DNA from: Raja brachyura
Taxonomy: Eukaryota
Direction: 5' to 3'
NCBI GenBank assembly: GCA_963514005.1
Contig: OY740804.1
Location: 4,774,001 to 4,838,000, forward strand
Length of the DNA stretch: 64,000 nucleotides
Below are positions 29,238 to 42,600 of the stretch, piece after piece. The notes under the pieces were generated by a model that made no database searches, was not told the DNA's origin, and was given only the letters and a program-made list of their open reading frames with translations. Position 1 is the stretch's first letter, and every line of letters begins with the position of its first letter. The position numbers were made by a program, and so were the translations under genes.

Positions 29238-29313
29238 TCTTGGGTTGAAACAAATCAAATCATTCGAACACAAGAGAACCCACTTTAATTCAAAACAATT
29301 TGTTTCTCTCCAG

Positions 29314-29320
29314 GTATTAG
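29314..29320 (+). CDS. AHCYL1: AHCYL1 terminal coding exon (G TAT TAG completes ...YYRY-stop)
   Basis: tgtttctctccag acceptor 29301-29313. Gives the canonical YYRY C-terminus and is followed by ~1.2 kb of repeat-free UTR-like sequence. Confidence 0.9.
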
Positions 29321-30500
29321 CGGGACCAGAATCCAAATGGTTGAAACCAGGACCAAGTTGTCCAAAGCCTCGATAGAAGAATGTATAGTAGGAGCAAGCC
29401 TAGCTGTTTAAATGCTCGCTAAATGTAATTGAAGAGCATTTCTGCGCAGCTAGGCACCTTATTTCTTTAACAGCCTGTCTTTTGCTTGTATTTTCTTTTC
29501 TATTCTAATTACAAATGAGTGTTTTGATTTATAATTTACTGCCGAGAGATATAACTGTCTGACTGCATTGTGACAGTGCTGTCTTTGTGAAATCACTTGA
29601 ACCTGTATGATATGATTGTACTGTAATTTAAAATAATTCTCTTTGTTTGCTTTGTTTTTTTTTCCTGTTAGTTTTAGTCCACAGCCTGAGCTTAAAGCTC
29701 AGTTTGGCCTCAGTTCCAAAAGATGCTCTTGATTTTAACCATGATTTAAAAAAAAAAAAAAAATCCTGTACCTGGTGGTCATTGGATCCTATTTGGCAAT
29801 TGCCACTTTTGTCGCCTGATACTTCTGTCTTTCCCTGAATCAGCGCTGACCGTATTAAATGACGAGTATCAAGTTTTAAACTAACCAGTCAGTACAAAAG
29901 CAGCTGTAAATATCACTGTGTTACCAAGAACAAGATGTGAAATGGTTTTGTTTGAGAATTTCAGTTTTGCGTTCCCCTCTCCCTCTAGTGCTACCCTTGT
30001 ACGCCTTAATATATCGGCACCATAAATGACTACATTTCCGATCGTGAATCGGTATCAATCAGGCAAAGAAAACTAAAGCTTGCATCTGTTAATTCGGTGG
30101 GGAAAAATAAGTTTGACAGGTCAGTCTTCGAATTCTGGTCATTTATTTTTTGACAAAATCAAACTGGGACAAGATTGTGCCACATGGAGTCCGTGGCCTC
30201 TGAATCCTCGTGGCTTCTTATTCCACAGACACTTGTTGCATACAACACGCACACAAAACATTTCCGAGATTATGTACCGTTTGTGATGGAGCTTTTTTTA
30301 AAAAAAAAACCACCAGCAAAATCTTGGTGCATTTTCAGAACCTTATGCGAGCACTAGATGGTGACCTCTCATTGCTGTGGGTTTTATGTCGTTAAGGTTG
30401 GATACCCAATCGTGGGACCAGAAAGTACTTTCACTCCAGTTACATGAAAATATATATTTTAAAAAAAATAATAAAGAATTTAAAAATCATTATATAAACA
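29321..30500 (+). other. AHCYL1: AHCYL1 3'UTR with poly(A) signal AATAAA at 30470-30475
   Basis: Repeat-free AT-rich tract after the stop. AATAAA is followed by T/GT-rich downstream sequence (~30505-30542), after which repeats resume. The cleavage site is approximate. Confidence 0.7.
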
Positions 30501-32274
30501 CAAATTGTTTTTACTCAAAAATGCCTCTGTTGTTTTATGTGGCGTGATGGAGATGAGACAAACTATGTAGAAACAAGAAACTGCAGGTACTGGTTCAGCA
30601 AAAAAGCCACAGAGTGCTGGAGTAACTCAGCGGGTTCATGCAACGTCTGGATAACGTGGACAGGTGACGTTTTGGGTCAGGACTCTTCTTCAGACTACAT
30701 TGGTTAAATCTTCACTTAACCTTCACTTCTGTCACTTTTTGTCCAGGTGCTGTATCTTTACTAGTCCCACCTGCCTGCATTTGGCCCATATCCCTCTAAA
30801 CCTTGTGAGACAAAGGTGGTTAGGAATTATAAATAGGATTGACAGATTAAAAAAAAAAAAAAAAAATCTGTTGCAAATGAGATGTGAAATCAGCAGAATT
30901 GATTAAATGAACTGCAGAACAGTGCAGGAGGCAATGGAGAGAGAGAGTCGTATAGTACAGATAAAGGCCTTTCGGCCCAAGTCGTCCATTCCTAACTTTT
31001 TAAACCTTTTTTTAACTTGTTTCCTTTGCTTCTTGATTTCCCCCCCTCTGGGTGAACGACTCTGCGCATTCACCCTATCTATTCCCTTCATGATTTCATA
31101 CACCTTTATAAACTCACCCCTCAGCCTCCTGCAGTCAAAGGAACCTCTCCCTACAGCCCAGGCCCTCAAGTCCTGGCAACATTCTCGTAAATCTTGTCTG
31201 CGCTCCTTCCAGCTGAGTGACATCCTGTAGCAAAGTTGACCAAAACTGAACACACTCTTCCAAATGTGGCCTCACCAATGTATTGTACAACTGGAACTTA
31301 AAGACTGGAACAAAGAATAAAATGATGGTGTCTGGAGTTGGGGACCACTGAATGGAGGTGTTCTGAAAGCCCAGGCTTGCTTAGATCTGAAGAAGGGTCC
31401 AGAACGGTGCCTGTCCATGCCCTCCACAGATGCTGCCTGAACCGCTGAATTCCCCCAGCATTTGTGGTTTTACTCCAAATTGCAGTTCCTTGTGTCTCAC
31501 TTTCTTCGATCAGTGTTGTGTGACTTGACCTTGGTAAGGAAGAAAAGTGCTGGAGTGGGCCAGGCAGCATCTCTGCGGAACATGGATGGGCGACGATTTG
31601 GGTTGGGACCTTCTGGGGACTTGGAACATCGTGGTGTGGGCACGGGTACAAAGGTAAGGCCTTAGCTGAGGACTGAGGGGAGAAATCGGTGCGAGTTCAG
31701 CTGGGGAACAGGGGAGGGGGATGTGGGGGAGAAAGGGGAGGGGGAAGTACGAGGTGTTAGAGGTTGCGTAAAATTGGAGAATTCAATGTTCATACCACTG
31801 GGTTGGAAGCTCCCCATTCAGAATATGAGCAGCATGGCTGCTGGGAATTACTTTCAAGAGTGCATCATTTGAATTGTTAGCGCTTTAAATGTTTCCTCTA
31901 TTTAATAATTCACTATTATAAAACTATTATCATCATATATAACTATTCTTCCTCAATATGTCACCCATTCCTTCTCTCCTGAGGTGTTGCCTGTGTCGCT
32001 GAGTTCAACATCTTGAGTCGATCTTTGATTTAAACCAGCATCTTCAGTTCTTTCCTGCACACTTCCTCAATCCTATCCCTTTATCATGCACGCTCTTTGT
32101 ATAACTTTAGCTTATAGTTCCCTGCTTCCTAGTTACAGTATTGGGGGACCATCAAGAAGCTCGGTGACTAAACGTACCTGTTGTTTTGATTATTTCTATA
32201 AAATGTTTAACATCACTGCTGTATAAAAACTGATCACAACAAGTGTCGGAAACAAATGTTGTGTGGGAGTGAAG

Positions 32275-32935
32275 ATAGACACAAAAAGCCAAAGTAACTC
32301 AGCGGGTTAGGCGACCTCTCTGGAGAAAAGGAATAGGTGACGTTTTGGGTCGAGACCCTTCTTCAGACTGAGAGTCAGGGAGAGAGGAATTGTTTAGAAT
32401 TTTAGAATAACGTTTATTGTCATTTGAACCTAAGTTCAAACGAAATAACTTTTCTGCAGTCATACAAAGAAGAAAAAAACCCAAGACACATAATTAACAC
32501 AATTTACATAAACACCTCCTCACTGTGATGGAACCTCACTCGCCTCTGTTCTTTATTCTTCTCCCGATGTTAAATGAGCGATATGATAAGGTGCGTAGAA
32601 CAAATGAATGAAATGAAAAGACAAATCAAAGCCAACATTGATGATCAAGGAAACGTGGAGCCCACAATGATCCATTGTTGGCTGTGGAGAAGGTGATAAG
32701 GAGTGAGACAGTGAAATTCTGCAGGATGACAGTTAACCAATATGACGACTAGGGTGGGCGGAGAGGGGATGCGAGGGTTACCTGAAGTTGGAGAAATCAA
32801 TATTCATACCGCTGGGTTGTAAGCTGCTCAAGTGATAGATGTTCCTCTAATTTGTGTGTGGCCTCACTTTGACTGTGAAGGAGGCCCAGGTCAGAATGGG
32901 AAGGGGAGTGAAAGTGTTTAGCAACAGGGAGTTCA
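32275..32935 (-). mobile_element. Penelope-like element 3' fragment with pseudo-LTR and hammerhead motif, interrupted by another repeat tail
   Basis: Minus strand ELPVAKHFHSPSHSDLGLLH..EATHKLEEHL. Hammerhead-like motif at 32336-32370 with a GAAA->AAAA change. Confidence 0.7.
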
Positions 32936-35077
32936 CTTTGTGTGTCGTTGTACATCGTGTGGTTTGCTGCAACCACAGTTCTTGAATCAGTAACTTCCTG
33001 TCTGCTGTAGGTCTGCCCACATGCAAAACCAGCATCAATATAACTGAGCTGAGCACTTGTATTAACCACCGATCTTTGGTTTTAACGAGAATTTAATGTG
33101 TTTCCTTAACCACCACCGCAGTCATATAAGGGCTGCTTTGTTCTGACGATAAGAATCATTGGTCAAAGCTGTTTAACAAAAAGTTAAGTGGCCAATGGAT
33201 GAATTATTTAAAGTCTCAATTATCTTCATCTAATTTGGAAATTAGCTCAGTGATTTCTTCAGACCTCGAGACTTCTGTTATGCATATTTGATAATTTTTT
33301 CCTTTCCTTTAATGGAATGCTGTAGTTAATAATGAAATTAATCTCAAATAGATTTAAGATTGATGTCAAAATCAAATGACACGTCAATTAAAAAAAAAAT
33401 TAATTCATAAGGTCATAGTGCATGGAGTAGAATTAGGCCATTCGGCCCATCAAGTCTACTCTGCCATTCAATCATGGCTGATCTATCTCTCCTTCCTAAC
33501 CCCATTCTCCTGCCTTCTCTCCATAACCTCTGACACCTGCACCTATTCTGCAGAATCAGAGTGAACATTAACAGCAGAAGAGCAGAGAACTCAGATGGTT
33601 AATTGGAAATGACGGATGAAAGGAGGTTGGTTAACTTTCGATCAAAGTCTGGTAAAAAGGTAAGTTGGGGAAAAAAAAAATTAGCGCATTAACCACAACA
33701 GTCTTTTTTCTAAAAGTTCTCGAACAATTTATTTGTTGCTTTGCTGGTACATATGAGAATTAAACACACAGGAGGATAAGGGGTGGTTCTATAGAGGTGT
33801 TTAAAATCATGAGGTGAATAGATGGGATGAATATACGGAGTCTTTTGCTCGGAGTAGAGGAATCAAGAACCAGCGGGCATGGGTTCAAGGCAAGGGTTGC
33901 CAATGCGGATGGACGCACTTCTCCCAAATCATCCAGCTGCCAACCTGGGGTAATTTTGTCTACCCAGGATTTATTTGTACATATTATTTCTCATTGACTG
34001 ACTGCATGGCCGTCCAGATGGGGGGGGGGGGGGCGTTGGGTGCGACCGCACCCCCCCTTTTTTCCCCAGAGTAAGAAAAAATCCCGAGAATTTTAAAACA
34101 AATCTGTTGGAAATCGCCCGAAATTCATATTCCGGCCGCTGGATGATTTGGGAGAAGAGGAAAAAAAATGCGTCCATCCGCGCCGGCGCAGTTGGGGAAG
34201 CGACACAAAATGACGCCGTCTCTCTGCGCGTATGCAGTGGGCCCGGGCGGGATCAGACTGTCATTTGTACTCCACACATTGAGCTCGATGCCTCATGTCT
34301 ACTCCAGGTAGGTAGTGGAATGTTGGTTGTAGGCGTCGGAGCCGGGGCCTCGCCAATGGCCAGCCTGGCGACCAGGAGATGGTTCTCCCGTTGCCGGGCG
34401 GGAGTGGCTGAATCTGAACCCAGCGGCTGTAACCCCAACACCAGACGCAGCTGCGGCGGGGCCTGCTCCCCTCGCCTACCCCTGCCGCCGGGGCCCAAAC
34501 CATCTCCCGCCCATGTCACCCCCGCTGACCCCCGCTGGGCCCGCGCCACCCCCACTGGATCCATGCCACCTTCATCTTCACCCCAAACCCCCTCGGTATT
34601 TTTTCTGTCGTTAGAATCCCGTCTGGGCTCTTTCTGTAGGATGGCTCCTGTTAAGAATTGGAGGAAATTCAGCCTCATGGTCCCTCATGGTCCTGTGAGT
34701 TCGACAAGCGCCCCTTTAATGGCTCGAAATCTCACCATCACTTCCATCTAAGGTCACACGCATGGTGTCAGGGCTTGTATTTTTCCCCAGGCCTCAAGGA
34801 GAGCACTGAACAAAAACCTGATTCAAATAAGCAACAAGGAATCAAGGAGGTCAGAAATATAGTACGTCTAGTTTTATTTAAAAATCTTTACACCTTAAAG
34901 TGTAAAATCATCCCCTTGTTTTGCTTTATATTCCATACATTTGCACTGTTTGAGCCATAAGGTTGTGGGAACAATGTATTTCTGGGACCTGAACACAAAA
35001 TCCAGGCTGACAGTTTACAGGAATAGTGGGAAGTGCTGCTCTATTGGAAGTGGCATATTTTGGATGCTAAACAGTTG

Positions 35078-35470
35078 TAGAAACGTAGAAAATAGGTGCA
35101 GGAGTAGGCCACCCGGCCCTTCGAGCCTGCACTGCCATTCAATATAATCATAGCTGATCATCCAACTCAGTATCCCGGACCTGCCTTCTCTCCATACCCC
35201 CTGATCCCTTTAGCCACAAGGGCCACATCTAACTCCCTCTTAAATGAACTGGCCTCAACTACCTTCTGTGGCAGAGAATTCCAGAGATTCACCACTCTCT
35301 GTGTGAAAAATGTTTTCCTCATCTCGGTCCTAAAGGAATTCCCCCTTATCCTTAGACTGTGACCCCTTGTTCTGGACCTTCCCAATCTTCCTGCATCTAG
35401 CCTGTCCAACCCCTTAAGAATGTTGTAAGTTTCTATAAGACCCCCCTCCCCCCGCCCTCAATCTTCTAAT
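35078..35470 (-). mobile_element. CR1-clade LINE 3' fragment
   Basis: ORF 35167-35409 with CR1 C-terminal motifs. Confidence 0.88.
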
Positions 35471-36523
35471 GTAGAAGATTATGTAGAATAATTCAATGAT
35501 GCAGAATGGGGTAAGTTCTGAATGATCTGCTTCTTATAAGGAGACAAAAACAATGCGCAGATATACAGGGTTATGCTCGCCAATGAAGCACAGATTTATT
35601 GTAAGCCTTCCCTACTTTTATACTCCATCTCTTGCATTAAAGGTGGTATCAGAAAATGTGGATTGTAACCAAGAGCTTGATCGGATCGAATGTCCTTATT
35701 TGATAATCCCTTTGTAGAATGAATTAATCTTCCATGTTGCATTGAGATATTTACAATGTGGTTACTATGACTCATAGGTTACACATTTGAAAGTGTGTTG
35801 CATTGTCTAGGTGTTAGTGTTATTTGTGGGAGCTTGCTGTGTCCACTGTGGTTACCGTAACTCCAATAAATAATGAATGGATTGGTGAGGGCTTTGGACC
35901 ATCCCAGACATTAAATGCATGCAACGAAGAAGTGAAAATGTGACTTAATTTTATTTGACTTCAAGCACGTTGGGATCTGATTTCGAATTCCATATTTACA
36001 CAAAGGGCTTAATTTAGTTTGCCAAGGCTCAGATTTTTTCTACGCAATCCTGACAAGAATTTCACAAATGTTAATTGCCCTGTGTCTCATGAAGTCTGGG
36101 ACCTTGGGAACATCAGCTCCTTAAGTCCAATTTAGTTTTATATCCCTACCAGCTCATGGCTGTTCTCTATCGAGAACATTATTGTGTTTAGTTCTGGGCA
36201 CTGTGTTATAGAAAATATGTTGTTAAGCTGGAAAGGGTGCAGAGAAGATTTACAAGGATGTTGCCAGGACTTGAGGGCCTGAGAGGTTGAGTAGGCACGG
36301 ACTCTATTCCTTGGAGCGCTGGAGGATGAGGGGTGATCTTAGAGCGATGTACAAAATCATGAGGGGATAGACGCACAGAGTCTGTTAACAAGAGTAGGGA
36401 AATCGAGAACCAGATGACATGGGTTTAAGGTGAGGGGGGGAAAGATGTAATGGGAACCTGAGGGGTAAGGTGTATGGAACGAGCTGCCGAAAGAGGTAGT
36501 TGAGGTAGGTACTATCGCAAACC

Positions 36524-37616
36524 CAGGGCCGGATTTACGTATAAGCTTCACAAGCTTAAGCTTAGGACCTCGAGATCTAGGGGGGCCTTGGCAGGGCCGG
36601 ATTTACCAATAGGCTTCATAGGTTGAAGCCTAGGGCCTCAAAATCTAGGGGGCCTCCGGCCAAGGTGTTTTATTCCCAGAGTAAAAAAAATCCCATGGAA
36701 AAAAAAAAATTTGCCACTTTGACGAAATTCTGGTTTCGGGCTCTGGAAGTTTTGGGGGAAAAAATTGCGACCATCCGTGCCTGAATATTGCGTGGCAGGA
36801 GTGCCTGTTTCTCCGGGCTGGGGGGGGGCTGCGTTGTCTGCGGCGCGGAGTCGGAGCCTCGCTGCGTGGGAGGGGGGAGAGAGGGGGGAAATGGGGGGGG
36901 GTTGAGACACAGGGGAGTGAGAAGTGGAGGAGGGGGGGCGAGAGGGAAAGGGGTATTACCTTTAGTGAGATTGCAAAATTAAGGTAGGTTTTAGAGCAAA
37001 TATATATTTTCTCCTCCAGATGAATAATATCAAACAATTGGAACTGCTTTCTTCTCCTTGATAACAATACTGAAAAATATGAATTCCATAGTTTGCGACT
37101 TTCATTTTGCATCATTTCTAATGTGCACACACTAACACAGTCGAACAGTAACTGGCAATCAAATCAACACACAAAACATTTTCTAAAAAAAGGTTTTATT
37201 TACTGCAGAATTGACAGTATTTTACTTGCAGTGTTTGCATGCTCCTTTATTACATTTTACATAACATTTTACAGTACAACTTGATTCTTAAAACAAGGAC
37301 AGTTTCAATTCTTGATTTTAAAAAAAATGTATACAACAATGACGCCAATCATCCCATTTCAACCACTCATTACTCTTGACTCAACCAAAATTATTTCTAA
37401 AATATTGGTCATAGATTTGGTGCAAAAATGCTCCAAAATAAGGCTCAGAATGCACCAGAGAGCATCTAAAACCCCAGAGCTTAGGGCCCTGGAACCCGGC
37501 CGCAAGGGTCTTTCAACTTTGCGCTTGTGATGTGCGCTGCGGGCACATATTTCACATAAAATGTTTATAATCCTGCCTTGCCACCCCCTTTTTTGAAAAG
37601 CTTCGTATGGGCCTGG
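36524..37616. mobile_element. hAT-like non-autonomous DNA transposon remnant(s)
   Basis: Terminus cagggccggattta with subterminal ctagggcc/ctaggggg repeats, a second left end at 38145-38265, and a degenerate right end near 37566-37616. No TSD found. Confidence 0.5.
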
Positions 37617-38970
37617 AAGAGCATATAGAGAGTCATTGTGGGATGCAGTTGGGTTGCGAGAATCAAACTTGGAATGAAGCAAAACCCCTCAGTAACAGTG
37701 GTGCAGCGGCAGAGCTGTCGTCTCACAGCGCCAGAGACCTGGATTTGATCCTGACATCATGCGTTGTCTGTGTGGAGTTTGCATGTTCTCACTGCGACAG
37801 TCGGGTTCTCTCCAGGCAGAAGGCAGAAGGTTCTCCCCTGACATCAGTCTTAAGAAGGGTCTTGACCCGAAACGCCACCACTCCTTCTCTCCAGAGATGC
37901 TGCCTGTCCCGCTGAGTTACTCCAGCATTAGTGTCTACCAGCGGCATGATAATTGATTTCTCCAACTGCAAGGAACCGTTGCATTCCTTCTCTCTCCATC
38001 TCTCCCCCCCCCCCCCCCCCCCCCCCCGTCTTCTTGCTAATTTCACTGTTTTTTATCCCTTCCTTATCACCTCATCCCCAGCAACAATGGACCATTGTGG
38101 ACTCCACCTTTCTTGAGTTATCGATGCAGACTCTGCGTTGTTCTCAGGGCCAGATTTACGTATAATCTTGACATGCTTCAATTTAGGGCCTCGAGATCTA
38201 GGGGGGGCTCGCAGAGCCGGATTTACCACTAGCTGAAGCCTAGGGCCGTGAAATCTTGGGGGCTCCGGTTAAGGCAGGACACCTGCCGTTCAACTCCGGG
38301 CGGGCCGCCCTCTCTATCCCTCTCTCTCTGTCACTCTCCGTCTCTGCCCGCCATCCGTGTCTGGGCCGCTGGGTCTCCGCTCTCCGCTCGCTCCTCATCC
38401 GCCGGCATGGCAATCCTCCTTGCACATCCTCCCCCCCTGCACATGCGCACAACCACAGCCAGCACGTCATCGACCGCCCTGCGCATGCGTACTGCCACGG
38501 CGCTGGCCACTTTCTCTCAACCCAAAACGGCACCTGCCTGGCCCACTGAGTTACTCCAGACATTATATGTCTGTTTTTGAGAAATAGGAAGTTGTGACGT
38601 TGATAAGAAGATTTGAACACCAGTGTAAATATTTTGAAACCAAATCATTGATTCTACGGGTTAGGGTTGTTATGACTGTGCAGGGTGGGTTATCAGATCT
38701 GTGAGGTGTGGAGAACCATGGTCAAGTCCAAATCCACCCACATGTCGCAGTGCCAGGGTGAAGGGTGAGTGGGGCAGAGCAGGGCGGGGCACTGGCACCA
38801 GAGTTAAACTCATAGAGTCATACAGCACAGAAACAGGCCCTTCTTCCCAACTTGACCATGCTGACCAAACTGCTTACCTGCACTAGTTTAGTTTAGAGAT
38901 ACAGCGTGGAAACTGGCCCTTCGGCCCACCGAGTCCGCACCGAACAGCATTCCCCACGCATTAATACTAT

Positions 38971-40112
38971 TCACGGTAAAGCACACGGTATTGGGGGTTC
39001 AGTATTGATGTGGATAGAGAACTGGCTAGCAGACAGGAAGCAAAGGGTAGGAGTAAACAGGTCCTTTTCAGAATGGCAGGCAGTGACTAGTTTGGTACCG
39101 CAAGGCTCAGTGCTGGGACCCCAGCTATTTACAATATATATTAATGATTTGGACGAGGGAATTCAATGCAACATCTCCAAATTTGCAGATGACACCAAGC
39201 TGGGGGGTATAGTTAGGTGTGAGGAGGATGCTTGGAGGCTGCAGGGTGATTTGGATAGGCTGAGTGAATGGGCAGATGCATGGCAGATGCAGTATAATGT
39301 GGATAAATGTGAGGTTATCCACTTTGGTGGCAAAAACATGAGGGTAGACTATTATCTGAATGGTGGCAGATTAGGAAAAGGGGAGATGCAACGAGACCTG
39401 GGTGTCATGGTACACCAGCCATTGAAAGTAGGCATGCAGGTGCAGCAGGCAGTGAAGAAAGCAAATGGTATGTTAGCATTCATAGCAAAAGGATTTGAGT
39501 ATAGGGGCAGGGAGGTTCTACTGCAGTTGTACAGGGTCTTGGTGAGACCACACCTGGAGTATGGCGTACAGTTTTGGTCTCCAAATCTGAGGAAAGACAT
39601 TCTTGCCATGGAGGGGGTACAGAGAAGATTCACCAGACTGATTCCTGGGATGTCAGGACTTTCATATGAGGAAAGACTGGATAGACTCGGCTTGTACTCG
39701 CTGGAATTTAGAAGATTGAGGGGGGATCTTATAGAAACTTACAAAATTCTTAAGGGGTTGGACAAGCTAGATGCTGGAAGATTGTTCCCGATGTTGGGGG
39801 AGTCCAGAACAAGGGGTCACAGTCTAAGGATAAGGAGGAATTCCTTTAGGACCGAGATGAGGAAAACATTCTTTACACAGAGAGTGGTGAGTCTCTGGAA
39901 TTCTCTGCCACAGAAGGTAGTTGAGGCCAGTTCATTGGCTATATTTAAGAGGGCGTTAGATGTGGCACTTGTGGCTAAAGGGATCAGGGGGTATGGAGAG
40001 AAGGCAGGTACGGGATACTGAGTTGGATGATCAGCCATGATCACATTGAATGGCGGTGCAGGCTTGAAGGGCCGAATGGCCTACTCCTGCACCTATTTTT
40101 CTATGTTTCTAT
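38971..40112 (+). mobile_element. 5'-truncated CR1-clade (HER1-like) LINE with open ORF2 C-terminus
   Basis: VPQGSVLGP, KFADDTK, YRVLVRPHLEY, RRLRGDLIETYKI, FFTQRVVSLWNSLP; 3'UTR ending ...cctattttctatgtttctat. Nested in a SINE (38886-38970 + 40113-40329). Confidence 0.95.
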
Positions 40113-40732
40113 CCTACACGCACTATGGACCACTTACACCTGTTCCAAGCCAACTAACCTACTAACCTATACGTTTTTGAATTGTGGGAGAAAACTGATC
40201 TTGGAGAAAACCTAGGCGGTCACGGGGAGAACGTACAAACTCCATACAGACAGCACCCGTAGTCGGGATCAAACCCGACTGTAAGCGCTGTAAGGCAGCA
40301 GCTCTACCACTGCGCCACCGTGCCGCCCTAGACCACTTGTCCCACTTGCCCGCGTTTGACCCATCTCCTCTTTGTTCTGCCATATATTGGTAAACATCCA
40401 GTTTTCAACCTCAGTCAGGAAGTAGTGTCTCGGCCGGAATACAAACATGCACTTTTTGCCTCCACAGATGCTGCTTGACCCGTTGAGTTTTCCAGGTGTT
40501 CTGCCCATTGTTCCAGATTCTAGTAAATGCAATCTCCTTTGTCTTCTCCCTCACACAACCCTAATCCTACCTGAACAATGTTCTCTCACAGAAGCTGATG
40601 GGTACATGGATGGAGCATGTCCAGAGGAGGTAGTGGAGACAGGTACTATTAACAACATTTAAAAGCATTAGGACATGGTACGTGGATGGGAAAGGTTTGT
40701 AGGGACAGGGGTCAAATGCAGGCCTGGTTTTT

Positions 40733-41028
40733 ACGGTGGCTCAGCTGTAGAGTTGCCGCCTTACATTGCATAACAGCGCCAGATACCCGGGTTCAATCCC
40801 GGCTACAGGTGCTTGTCTGTACATAGTCTGTACTTCCTCCCAGTGATCTGCGTGGCTTTTCTCCGAGAACTTCCGTTTCCTCCCACACTCCAAAGACGTA
40901 CAGATTTGTAGGTTAATTGGGTTGGTGTAAATGTAAACATTTGTGTTGATATGCGGGGATCACTGGATGGTGCGGACACGGTGGGCCAGAGGGCCTGTTT
41001 CCGTACTGTATCACTAAACTAAACTAAA
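40733..41028 (+). mobile_element. HE1-like V-SINE
   Basis: Same structure as 52174-52498. Confidence 0.82.
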
Positions 41029-41699
41029 GAGGGACTAGCGTACATGGGACACCTTGATCGGCATTGGCAAGTTGTTTCCGTGCTGTATCACTCCATGATT
41101 TTATGAATCACATCCTAAAACTAAGCTTTACCTGGTCTCCGATGCTCAAGTCTGTGAATTGTCCTTCAAGGAGTTTATCTGGTGACGTGTGGACTTAACT
41201 GATCGCGTTTGGCAATAGACAATAGGTGCAGGAGTAGGCCATTCTGCCGTTCGAGCCAGCATTACCATTCAATATGATCATGGCTGATCATCCCCAATCA
41301 GCACCCCGTTCCTGCCTTCTCCCCATATCCCCTGTCTCCGCTATGTTTAAGAGCCCTATCTAGCCCTCTCTTGAAAGTATCCAGAGAACCGGCCTACACC
41401 ACCCACAGTCTCACAACTCTCTGTGAAAAGGTTCACACATTCCAGGAGTAGAATTTGGCCATTCGGCCCATCGCGTCTACTCCTCCATTCAAACATGGCT
41501 GATCGCTGCCTCTTAATCCCATACAAGTTCAGACACAGTGTGCCCGCATTTGGGGAGGGGCTTCAGGAGGTGGGCAAGGGAATGTTTGCGGTGGTGGACA
41601 GAGCGCCAGTCAAGCGGGCAAACGTCACCAGGATGAAGCAGAGCTTCGAGGAGATGCTCCAATCCAGGCAACAGGAGAGCATTGCAGCCCACTCCTGAT

Positions 41700-41882
41700 A
41701 GGGACATTGTCCGTGGTGAGGAGGCTGGGGGAGGTGGCAAGTGAGTCACCAAGTTAGTCTCGAACCACTGCAAAGTCGTTTCCTGAGTAAACGGAAATTG
41801 ACTGTTTGACTTCAGTTGTGAATGAGGAAGAGGACAACTCAAACGCAGTGCAGGGACCAAACCGATCCAACGCAGCCGAGAC
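41700..41882 (+). promoter_or_regulatory. Putative TATA-less leukocyte-type promoter/5'UTR of the CD300/pIgR-like gene
   Basis: AP-1 TGAGTCA 41742-48 and ETS-type cores (TTTCCT 41779-84, ACGGAAAT 41791-98, GAGGAAG 41824-30) lie directly upstream of a strong-Kozak ATG (gacATGG, 41883). Motif inspection only. Confidence 0.4.
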
Positions 41883-41979
41883 ATGGCAGTGGGACAGGGA
41901 GAATTCACCCACCAGAAACGGCCCAGATCCAGGGGAACAGTCGCTCTGTTGCTTCTTGTTGCTGTTGGTCACACATCAG
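41883..41979 (+). CDS. CD300/pIgR-like receptor exon 1, signal peptide: MAVGQGEFTHQKRPRSRGTVALLLLVAVGHTS(G)
   Basis: Strong Kozak, basic n-region plus hydrophobic h-region, phase-1 donor CAG|gtaaat matching the phase-1 V exons. Not in the ORF track. Confidence 0.8.
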
Positions 41980-42469
41980 GTAAATCGTTGTTTTACAAAA
42001 TGCTCTGTTCATTAGAATTATTTACCAGCGCCTTGAATTATTTGTAACCACAGACCTCTCTGTACTGTGTGGGGAGCTGATGATAAATTGCTCAACACTC
42101 GTTAGTTCCTGTAGAGACTTCCATCAGCGCTTGTTGTAGTGTTGTGTGCAGCCAAATTGCACACAGCTAGCTCCCTGTGGAGAAGGGAAATAACTACCTA
42201 CAGCTTGCCTTGTGGACCTCACTGAAACTTACCGAATAGTGAAAGGCCTGGATAGAGTGGATGGGGTGGGGATGTTTCCACTAGTGGGAGAGTCTAGGAC
42301 CAGAGGTCGCAGCCTCAGAATTAAAGTCCGCAGCTGTCCCTGGTGATCTTGGGTATGGGGGTAACTTTTGGCCCCAGAACAGATAGTTTGCTCCACTATT
42401 CTGGTGCAAACTATCTGCAGGTGAACTTTCTCAGTGACTTGAGAGAGCAGACAGCGGATCAGCTAAATG

Positions 42470-42600
42470 CCTTGGCAAAGTGACATCACCTCCAGCAGTG
42501 GCGAGTTCCCTCAGTACCGCACTCCCTCAGTCCTCGAGCTTCGGGAGTGGGAGTTGAACCAACGACTCTCTGACTCGGTGACCAGAGTGCCACATGCTGA
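42470..42600 (-). mobile_element. Old DeuSINE (SacSINE1/AmnSINE-like) fragment
   Basis: Degenerate ...ccctcagtaccgcact...ggagtgggagttgaacc..ctctgactc.. pattern, recalled from the family rather than aligned. Confidence 0.45.

Noticed and set aside
38906-40021. 371-aa ORF as a host gene
   Set aside because: It is the C-terminal part of CR1 ORF2, fused by chance to SINE sequence.
41525-41698. Coding-looking purine-rich stretch upstream of the receptor promoter
   Set aside because: No recognisable family, splice structure or start context; cannot be supported.
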